NCBI RefSeq assembly: GCF_964355755.1
Contig: NC_092670.1
Location: forward strand, 3,400,201-3,464,200
From: Antedon mediterranea
Taxonomy: Eukaryota; Animalia; Echinodermata
DNA length: 64,000 bases
Reading direction: 5' to 3'
Shown here: piece by piece, positions 25,911-37,900 of the stretch
Layout: each line of letters starts with the position of its first letter
Numbering within the stretch: position 1 is the first letter of the stretch
Position numbers and translations under genes: made by a program
The notes under the pieces: model-generated
What the model was told of the DNA's origin: nothing
The model's input: the letters and a program-made list of their open reading frames with translations, nothing else
The model's database searches: none

Positions 25911-28900
25911 CTAAAACAAAGATAGTAGACGAGTTTATAAATTTTAAATGACGTATTTCTCGTAGTGTGAATGGTGAATTTGACCATTAACTCCAGATTC
26001 ATATCATTTCATAGGATAGGCCCAGCTGATGTACACATTTAATTTTGTAAAAAGTGTCGTCGACAATATATATATTTCCAATATATTTACTGTAATTCAA
26101 CCAATGTAATTGAGGTATTGGGCAGAGTCAGAGTCAAAACCTATACAGAGATAAATTAATTGCCTTTTGGAATTAGTTTGAACACTGATATGAGGGTATG
26201 TTCAAATCCATGGAGTTATGCTTTCATATCACAAGCAAGGTTATAATTATAATTATCCTCTGAAGTGTCAAGTTTCCGGTATGCAAGAGTAAATTTTATT
26301 TCAAAATCATTGGTGCATGACTTTCATATCGTAAGTGTTGTACACTAATCTTGTACCTCAAGCTGTAGTAACAAACAAAAGGTCATTATTGTATCAGGTG
26401 GCTTCTACCAATCTTTTACTGGTTCAGACCGCATGGAATCCTATGTCGTGTATAATACGAACACAACCCTGTAGGTCTGAATATGCCCTGAATGCTTCTT
26501 CAAACAATGCACAGTAATTAATGTCAAAGAAAACAATTTAAAGGAGGGATAAACTGGTTTGAAAACATGAACAATGCGCAAATTAAAATTGTAATGTCTC
26601 AATTTACAAATTGTGACAATTGCCACCACTCAAATGTTACATTTGAAAAAAATGCATTGAAAATTGTCAACAAGTGTGTTCATTCAAGCCAAATTGAATT
26701 TATATTAGGAAATTGTAACATTTGTAATTTTAAATACCTGTTAGTTTTATTTGTTTTTCTTTAGGTCTTTCCTCCACAACATTCTTCTGAAACTTATCAG
26801 CAAGATCTTTTTGTCCATGTTCTCTTAGAGCCTCACACAATACATCAAGTTGATTCAATTTACTACTAATGTTCCTCCAAAATTTCAGAATTTCTTCTGG
26901 AGATTTCATAGTTGTAACTTCAGACAATTCCAAGCCCAAAAGAACACCTAACTGTTCACAGTTAACAGTTTCTTCAGATACTTTCCAAATAATTGAATCA
27001 TCCACATAACCTTATAAAATAGCAAAAATAAAGATAAATTCATCCAACAGTAAATGAATTGATTAAGTTTTCAAATATATGATCCTTCAATTTATAATGT
27101 CATAATAAAATCTACAAAATCATTACCTTGGAGATGAGACTGTGGCGGTATAGCTGTAAAAATAGATATGTATTTATCAACAAAATGTTCACAAGGTATT
27201 ATTTGTTTGAAGATTGTTATTAGTTATTACAAGTTCTACAGTATGCTATAGATATATTATATATTTTAAAACTGTTTATTCTTAAAATTTACTTACATTC
27301 AACATCAGTCTGTGAAGTAGCTATAAAAAAGAAATAAATATTAAATAAATGTAATTTCATCTTATATGGTATTACCATAGCGAAACGTATTGTTGCATTA
27401 ATGTGCATATGGCTGAAAAAATATTGTACCGTCCATTTCCCAATTTTTAATTAAATGCTTTTTATTTTAATATTAAGAACAGTAAAATATTTGACAAAGC
27501 AATAAATCTGGTTACTTACATCTTGGTATTACTTTATTTCCAAATAATTTACGGTAAAGTTTCACTTTCATTTGATTGCTTCCACAAGGTAACACATCTT
27601 TGTCAAACTCGCGAATAACATGCATGTGAGCATTTTGAATGTTTGGACTACATGCACAAGGGATGTACATCCTTACTTCAAGACCTCGTGCTCCAGTCTG
27701 ACTGAACACTTTTAATTCTGTTTGAAGGAAACGAAGCACCTAAAAAATGGCATTTTACAAAATGTTTAAAATACTGGAAAATATAAAATCAATATTCTCA
27801 ATCAATATTACTATGAAAATTGAATCCTAAACAAATGTTGAATAAATGCAAATTATTTTAACAATGGTGGCCTTTTATTATAGGATAAAAAGTACTTATT
27901 ATATTAAAACACTTTATTTATATTATTTTTATGAATAGTTTTAAAGTAATATTCCTAATGAAATCTTTCATAGATTGTTCACTCATAAATATTTAGAACT
28001 AAAATTAATGTATTCTGTATATCTCTTTTGTTTGTTACCACTATTTACTATTACCTTCTTACAGACTTTAGGCTGTGGTTTCTCATCTTTTGTACGCTGC
28101 CGTTTTTTTTGCTTATCAGTATTGAAGCTCTTTGTTCTGACTATTGTTGTCTACAATATCAAAATGATCAAAATTGTTAGTGGTAGTTTTTTAAAATTTA
28201 TTATTTCAATTTTATGTGGTGGAAACAATTATAAATCTCACTCATTTTAATATTGTACAATATATACACTTTAAAATTCTTGAGCTTTTCCAACTTGTAT
28301 CAATTATTGATATAAAGTTTGCGATACACCACGTATATTAGTTTCTATTGAGTTTCTCAAAGTTTCGATCAATATGCTTTGAACGTCCTCAGAAGTCACA
28401 ATGCAGGAAGTCCAGGAAAGTGGGAATATAAGTGAAATAGGTTGGGGCTGGTGTGAAAGCTACACATTTACCTGTAACATACGACAATGCTTAATGGTAG
28501 CCACATATAAAATGACTTGATGATTGGCATCAATGTTCAATTCTACATGCTCATAGGATAGGTGCCCAATTCCATAGTCTTCCATTTGAAATTTCTCAAT
28601 GAACTTTGTTGCAGCACGTTGGAAAAGATCGTCTGGAAGATAGCTACCAAAATCATGAAATAGAGAAATTGCACGCTTTTCTTCAAATTTAGGTGGTTGT
28701 GAGGCATGTGGTTTCAAACGTGAAAGAACGTAGAACATTTTTTCATTATTCTGTGTAAACAAAAAATTATTTAAAAACTAGTAGATCTGTAGGCTATATA
28801 TAGGCTAGAAAATTAAAATATTAATATGACATTAGTATCAATACCTTTGTATTTTTTTGTTCACACACTAATCCAAACTTTTGCATGAGAGACACAAAGA

Positions 28901-31900
28901 ATGTTAATGTCTCATCAGAATCACAGATCTTCTCCCACAGATGTTTTAGCAATCCACCTTTTAAAATGCCTTTTTCCAGCATCCTCCAAGCTGGTCTCAT
29001 AGCTGGTACCTATTATTTTACAAAAATAGAATATAATTAAAATTTTAATTTATTAATTCAGAGTAACATTGGTAGGCCTATAATTGATTTTTTTTTCCTG
29101 TTCTAATATATAAACATCTCATGACCTGTAGGCTATGTTTTGTTTGTCTTTATTGCAGTTCACAATATTTATGGTAAGCAGAATGACAAAGTGGATTTGT
29201 AGACTCATGTCTGCCAAAGCTACTCAGGCCAAGTTGAAATAATGTATTGATCTTTGAGTTCATATGATTGTATGATGGGTACCTATATCTCAGAGAAGTT
29301 ATTTCCAATCAAAATTTCAAACATTTATTAAACAAATTTAATTTTGAAGCATGTCATTATGTTGCTGCACGTCAGTATGCAAAACATTGTTTTGTATTGA
29401 AATATATTTATTGCTAACCATATCTTTATTGTCTATGACAGTGATGATTGTCTTAAACATGTCAACTAGTTGCATCAAATCTACAACTATTATATCTCTT
29501 AGTGCCTCATCATCTGGGTAATAGAGAATCACGCCGATGTCATGTAAATACTCAAGCAGAACTTTGTGACCTTCTGTTACTTTACAGACTTCTTTGAGTA
29601 CTTCATCTTGAATCTGTTAAAAAAAATAGATTGATTAAAACCATATGACAATTCTAAAACAATTATAATAAAAAAACAGTTTATTTAATATACTATCAAT
29701 TTTCAAATAGTCTTCTGGATTACAAAACCTGCTCTCAAAACATTGTGTACTAGTATATTTAGAATGTAATTCCTCTATTTTTTATATTTTCCCAACTTTA
29801 ATGTAACAGTACATAGTTATAAATACATACTATAGAGATTTAACTTTATATATCAAGTACATCTACTGGTGAATATGGTAGTTGACTGAAAGCTTAATAT
29901 ATTTATTTATTCTGTCTTTATACTGAACTAGATGGTACGCTCGCTTCGCTCGCGTACCATCTAGGTCGTGCCCACAGATGGTTCTCGAATACATAATAAT
30001 TTCAGCGTTAAAAAACTGGCGATTTCAAATGTACGTACCGCAGGACAATAATACATGTCGTGTACAGGAACGAATAAATAGACACTGTGATTTATGTACT
30101 CAACTAAAATCAGCACCCTATTACTTCCGAAAGAGAAACTTGTCACAAATAAGACCAATTGTTTAAGTCAAATTTAAACAAACTTAATTTGTGTTTTGTA
30201 TGTAACATTAGGGTTGAGGGATGGGGAAGAGGATGGGTGCAAAGAGGAACAATGTTAAAATATATTCTTTATCCATTTAGTAACGAAATATTAATTGCTT
30301 TCATGTTTTACAAATAATATACCACTAAACACAGTAAAACATTGCGATGTAATACTTTGTTGAAACTATCACCGTCCTAGTCGATTGAAATAGTACAGAA
30401 CATGTAACGATACATCACCAAGACGTGTATATGTTTATAATACTGTATAATGTAAAACAATTTGTGAAAACCACCTCTATTCGGGGAAAATCATAAATTC
30501 GATTTAATCGTCAATAAATATTAAATTATCTAACTCAACTTAATTAGTAGGCCTAATGGTTTTCAATTGTTTCTTAGAGCCAATTCATACTTAAGTTGGT
30601 TCCTACCCTACCCACCAAAGTTGTTCTGCGTTTAGGGCATGTGATGTACCGTAGGCCTATTCTCTACTGGTTTTACAACGCTACTCATGCCAGTGAGGGA
30701 AAGGTGATGATGTGGGTGGTTTAACTGCAATAATAAAGATTTGTACATAATATACGGCGAGTGAAAACGCTAGCTCATTATCCGTTTAAAAAAAAATTAT
30801 ATCCAACCTCTGCAGCACAGATTGAAAACAAAAATGGATCGAATTTCGAGTATACAGTACTGTACTTGCCTTTATATTACGACGCCTGAGGGAATAGACA
30901 CTTGTGAAACAGAGATTGGAATGTTCCATTCATCACAAATCAATACATTTGTATAATCGTATATTAAATCTATCAAAATAGTATTTTTTTAAGAAAATCG
31001 GCCTGTCTTCAACATTATGATGCTGTACTCTAGCTGTTCAACCAGTTTTCAGCTATTAAAAACAATTATCATAGGAGGAGATAGGAAAATGCGAAGCCTC
31101 CTCGTATTTTTGTGGCGGGTATTTTTCAAGATGGACATCCATTAGACAGTGTATACCACGATCGGAAAACACCCCTATTTGGGGCAAATCGTTGAACCTA
31201 AATTCGTTTTAATCGTCAATAACTAATTACCTAACTCAATTTAATTAGTAAACAGGGTTACATCAGATGGTTAAAATCAGTACCGAAAGTATGAACGAAC
31301 TTTATATACCATCGAGTAGAAATTCTAGAAATAAACCGAGATTTACCGAATTTTGCCCTTACGTAAATTTATATATAGATGACACTTTCAGTGCTAAAGC
31401 ATTGATTTCCAAAGTGGTTCAGTAGAGAAAAATTAACAATATAATAAAATAAAAAGTAATTTACATTAGTAGACACATTTACAAAAAGGTAACTATCTAT
31501 AAAACATACAGTATATATAAAAAAAATGGAGGGAATTAAAGGTAAAAGGTACTTAATCAGTAATAATATTAAAATCAATCCAAAATATTATTTTGGATTG
31601 AATTTTTAAAAAGTGTCATAGATTTAATATAAAAAAAATAATTGTTTTATTCAGGCCTAGGATTTTAATGAGGAATTTTATTTTTGTGCCTTAATGCTAT
31701 GTGTGATTATGCTATTTTCACTACAACCATCTGTATGCAAATTTGGTGGAATGGTTATGTAACCAGCCTTTCAACTAATAACAATAGTTTCAGTTGATTA
31801 ACAATAGAACAGCAATGCCAAAAACAAACCTCCAAAATTTAATGGAGTGGTCCTTGACTACATATCTATCTGTATTTTCATTTTGGTAAAGGTCTTTCAA

Positions 31901-34900
31901 TAACTTTTGAGTAATCCTGCTAACAAACAAACAAACCGACAAACAAACAGACACATGCGATTGACTACATAAACTTCCTTGGCGGAGGTAAATAATTGAT
32001 TGGTAAGAAAATGTTAATATGAACCTATAGATGGCTATAAATTTACCTCTTACATCACACCACCTGTACATTTTCAGATGATTAAAAAGTAGCAATGTAT
32101 ACCGAAAATGGAGATCTGACTAATCAATATAGAACAAATACTGTAAACCTTATTTGTGAATCTTTCTTTATAAAAGAAATTGCCACATTATTAATAATTC
32201 ATTCAATTATTAATATTGAACGCTATTGTCTATAAATTCTTGCACCTAACCTCAGAAGTTGGTAAATAGATGTGCTTCTTTCTGCTGTGGATTTCTTGTT
32301 GAACTCGCAGCCATTTTATTGGCAAAGTGCGAATCATTTTCTTTGACAAATCCAGTATTTGTTTCATGATGGCAGAAGCATTGCTCTGTTCAAATGGTAC
32401 ACTGTTTTCAATGGTAAAAATAGTTGAACACACCATAGTTTCATATGGTTTGTCTTTTAGGGCTTCCCAAATTTTATTTTCTATTTCTTTAACCTGAAAG
32501 AAAGATATACATTTGTTATGTAGTTTCTAATATTTCTTATTTTAATCAGATTAATTAGAATAATCAAAAGACTATTTAGATAGTGATTGCTAAACGTTGT
32601 GATCCAGTTTTAGGATTAAAAAAATAGAAGATTGAATCCACTGCCTATGAAAAAAGTTTCTGCATTGTTGTGTCATGGTGATTTCTCTATGGTAGAGTCA
32701 ACTCACCTGTTCTTTCCTTTCTTCTTCAGTTCCTTTAAGGCCATTTAAATGTGTACCTATCAGTAATACAGGAGGACAAGGCTGACCATTTATCTTTGCG
32801 TCAGGTCTACTGTTTGTGTATATGGACTGAATCCAAGAAAGAATGAACTCCAGATTTGTCATTCGATGGTCATAATTGTTTCCCTAAATTTTATAAGTAT
32901 ATATGATAACAAAAAAATGTTTGTAGAACACTCAATTTTAATTTCTTTGATCATGTATAATACTGTATACAACAATTGAAAAAAACGTAATTGTTCAATC
33001 TATTGTTATTCATTTATTCAGTAATGGAGGAAAAGAATGTTCATTTATTAATGTAGTTTGTGTTGAATTGTCTATGGATAAAAAGATGTGAGAAGCTAAT
33101 TGATAAGTCTTAAAACTTTAAGATGTGTTCAGAGCAAAGGTATACATTTTTCACTATAAAGCAATCACAATCAAGGAATTGAAAATAGTGTTTAAAAACT
33201 AATAAAATTCAGCTTACAGTTGTTGGATCCAAAACTTTAGCTTGGGCATCGAGATCATCACAAAGGTTGAATACTACGCATACAACAGCAAAAGATACCA
33301 TGAAGATCTATGAGATCAATTAAACAGTGTATTAAAAAAATGGTGAATATAAAAAAATGCTTGATTATCAATGAAATTTAAATTTGGAAATGCAGTGTTT
33401 GTTTTTCATAGTGTTTTAATTTTTAGATTAAAAAAATAGCTGAGTCTAGACTACTACTAAATTTATTACAGGTTTGCCATATGATAGATATTTGTTGCTA
33501 GAATTCATAAGAATAATATTTTACTTGTTTATTTTTTTACTACTGTATATTAGTGTTGTCTTATTAGAGGAATTGTGGGGAATATAGTTATATTACCATG
33601 CTGGGTCATGCAGGCTCCATGCCGGCATCAGGTAAAATATCCAGTATATACCAGCTGAAAGTTGGTATATACTGGATATTCCGATCCCTGCTGTAGATAG
33701 TTATGCTGGTAACGATACAGGCAGTGGCATAACGCAGAGGCCTGATGCCCCTGGATTAGGAACCCCAGGCCCTCCAAGGCTGGAGGCCTAGGGCGTTTTT
33801 AGCCCTTTTTGACATATTTTAATGCCTGTATTTTCCTCTGGACACTGCCCAGGGCCCCCACATGCTCCGGGGCTCCTGGTTTTAGCCAGTGAGTGTTCAT
33901 AGCCATTACGCCACTGGATGCAGGCATCATTGGTCTCTTGAATTTGAATTGGTTGTTGTTTTTTGGCAGTTGGTGAGCATTCAATTATTTCCCTGTTTAC
34001 CATTCAGAATCTCTTCCTGAATGCTACCAATGATCTGAGCATTTACACTACCATTCAAAATATCTCCCTGAATTTTTATTTATTTATTTATTTAGGTTTA
34101 AAAAACACATACAAAACAGCAGCCATTGGCTGATAACGTTTGTTTACAATCAATATACATATATAATTAAAAGTAAAAGAGGCACAATTACAAACAGCAT
34201 AGAAAAATAACTATATATTATAAAACACAAAATACAGTATTATTCGTTCATAAAATTGAGTACGTCATTATTATTATTATTATTTAAGATTATTATTAGT
34301 ATATAAATTATTAAAATTATTATATAAAAGGTCGAAACGGCATCGAGAAAGTGAGAAATAATCATGGAAATCAACCCATATCAGTTAGCATTAATAAACT
34401 TAACAATCGTAGGTATGGCAGACCTTTGGTATCGTTCAGTTTTACACCTGGGGGGAAGGAGACTTCCGGTACTAGTTGTATTAGACCTAAGGGTTCTCTT
34501 CTGCCAGCGGCAAGGAGGTAGCATGTCTCGAAAACAGTTGGACTTGAGTAACCCCCTCCCAAAGGACAACACAAGAGTGTCTCTCCTTGCCTCGAGAGAA
34601 GGTAACCCTGTAACCTCTAGGGCATTGTCATAGGAAATGTAGGTAGCACCTAACATTATTCGACATGCTCTTTTCTGGATGGTCTCAATGCTGCTGGCCA
34701 TTTTTTTGGTAATAGCACCATGCCATACCTGGCAAGCGTATTCCAAGATGGGCCTATAATACTGGCATTTTGCTTCCACGCCTGTGAGAAAAGGGCTTTA
34801 TGTACTTACCCGCTGCATCACATGATAAATTTGTTGTCCTCCGAAATCCCAGATGTTCATCACAAACTTGTCGCTAGTCACCTTGTCATCACTCCCTTCT

Positions 34901-37900
34901 TTCTGAAACTCAACTATTAATTTTTCAATTTCTGACGGAATCTTTATCTGGTCATCTCTTCCTTCTTTCTCAATCTCTATCTTTGAAGGAATCTTTGTCT
35001 GGAGTTTTTCTTTCTCTATATATTCATTAAAATAAATTAAAATTAAACATCCAATAGCATGTTTAATATGTATGTCATTTTTCTAGGCCTTTTATTAGGA
35101 TAATTTATTTTAGGATTCTAATTATTTTAGCAATGGTGATTATAATTATTAATTAATATAGAAAAGTGCATTGTTAGCCAAGATCCCAACAGAATAACAC
35201 ATTGTCTGATGATTTCAGGTTCCAAATTAGCTTCCCTAATAATTCTACTCGGCTTTTCGTTCCCTACTCAAAAAGAAGAGTTGTCGATATAGTGCCTTTG
35301 CAATTGCCACGTATCTTGAAAGCACTCTTCGTCAATTAGTGAGGATGGAATTTTAAGATATTCGTCTTTCATTGAATTTGTTTTGAGGATTTTTGTATAA
35401 TATTTATTTTGTTTAATACTAATATACAAATATAGTTAACAGAGCTAAAGCTAACAGAGGTGCCTTGAAAATAGGTCTGGTTGTGTTTTAGACACAAAGG
35501 CCCATAGTTTTAATGAAACAAAGTTTGAAAAAAAATTTGAAATAGGCAAAGTATATAAAACATTAAAAGACACTAACTGTTCTAAAATCTTTAATTAAAT
35601 TAATCCACCTTTTCCATCTTAAATCAAATATGAAATTCCAGGCCACAAGTCAAAAACCCATGTAAAAGTCAGTGCTTAGTTTTGGTAGAGCAGACAGTGA
35701 AATATTAGGTGAAATGTAATAATAATGCACTTAAAATTCCTATTAACATTTTTACTTACCGTCATCCATTTGGCTTTCTTCTGTTTTAGTTGATTGTGCT
35801 GGATTTTCTTTCTCCATATGTTTCACAAGTGTTTTTTGGGGAGAATTTTCATTGCCAGAAGGCTGTTTTGCTGATGCTGTTGTAACCTCTGCTTGTAGCA
35901 CACTATTCTTGTTATCAGAAGCATTTTCTGTTGATGCTGTTTCACGTTTTTCTTCTCGCACATCACCATCAGAACCATTTTGCTTTTCTTTCAGTTGTTT
36001 TGCCACATTTCTAGCAACTGCTTCCTCATACATTTCAGAAGCTTGAGCTTTAAAAAAATAAAAATTGATTTTGTATATTATACTTGGATACTATGAATAT
36101 GTTAATTATTATTAAACATTTTAAAAGGAAGAAACACACATATCCATGGTAATTACAGAATAAATCTAGTTCTGTGTTGTACCAAAAATAATTTAGGTAA
36201 AAAGAAGCAAGGTAAGAATGGTATCAATTTATTTTAAATTTGTTTAAATTAAAGCAGTAATCAAGAAATTGTATGTAAAACAGATTATTATATAAATAAC
36301 ATCCATAAAACATGACAATATAACTTCATAATCAGATTAAAGAATTAAGGAATTTCTGTGAAGCAGCTTTCATCAGATAGCTGACAGCGCAGCAAGAAAA
36401 ATATGGGAGGCTTTGTCAAAAAAGAAATGTTCGCAAACGTGTGTTGATAAATGTTGGCTAGTTTCGTAAGTATACTTCTTTAAAAAAAATTCAATTTCCA
36501 GTAAGCAGAACAATAAATGCAAAATAAACATGGGTGGATGGAGTACCATGAAAATTGCCAATAGTACAAACAATTAAGCACTATCAAAGTGGCTCTCCAA
36601 TACTTCAAACCAAAAAAATATATAAGGGTAAGGGGGTTAACAGTATTAAGTTTCGAATAGTACTTGGAATCCAGCACAACACATTTTTAAACAGGATAAA
36701 ATGGAACAAGTCTGGGACAAAGTCTTTGGTGCTAACTGGGTTAATAATTTAGTATTTTGCATCTTTTTTTGGTTTAATTTGCATGTTAATGTATACTTTC
36801 TGTTTCTTGCCATATTGTTTCATCTGCATCATCTTGAGAACACACTGTTTTTGTTGTTGCTATGGCATCAGTTATTTCATGCTTTGATTTAAAACTACAG
36901 AAAAAAATGAATATTATTATTTCACTTCAATAGCCATACAATATATATATAAACCCATCTTAATCATTCAATGTTTTTCAAGTCAGCCTTTTGGGATTAT
37001 ATTAATATTATTATTAGTGTATTTATAACAAAAATGAATATACAAAGAGTAATATTTTTCAGTTGGCTCATAAAGTATGTTTTGGTGTCATCAGTTAATT
37101 AAAAGTAAATTCCCATAAATTGATAATGATAAAATGCCTACAATTGAGAAGAATATGTTTAAATGTATATTAAAACTAAAATGTACACATAGATTATGTC
37201 CCGTGAGTCAAGATAGATTTTCAACTCAAACCCCTTTAATAGTAGTGATATTTGGGGGAAAACAAATATTTTTGGTTTTTTTAATTATTTGTCATTCAGA
37301 GCATTGGGGTCTTGGTGTATGTTTTTAATTTAATAAATTGTTTTAAACAACATTGATACCACAATTTTCTTACCTTTTCCTTAGTAATGAATTGATAGTA
37401 GAAGTTTTTCCTACTCCCTCAAGACCTACAAAAATAACTCTGCCCTGTTTAACTCCAGTTTTCCCTTCTTCCAGGGCTTCATTGAATGCTCTAACTGCTT
37501 CTGGTCCTCGAGCCCGTATCTCAATTGGAGTGGAATCTTTAAAAAATAAGTATTTAATAGTACTTTTACAATAAAGTTATTATATATTTATTATTACTAT
37601 GCATTCATATTGGACACTTAATTAATACCTCTCACTTTTTTTTAATTTATAATCCTTGTTAATTTGCTTTTAGAATGATTTTATAATGCACGATTTCTAT
37701 AGGTTATTTCATTAAAATAACCGATACATTTTATTTTGTAAATAATAGTTGATAATAATAATATAAAATAGAATACTTTAATAAATACCAATATCTTACC
37801 ATCAAAGTTGCTGAGCCTTTGTAATATACTTGGATGTTGTAACATTGTAGTAGTACCAAGAAAACCAACTGCAAACTCTCTTGCCACCTTTAGATTCTTA

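Noticed and set aside
34860-34920. Suspected frameshift before WDFGGQ
   Set aside because: Recounting gives FQKEGSDDKVTSDKFVMNIWDFGGQ in one frame; the exon length of 206 nt fits phase 1 to 0.
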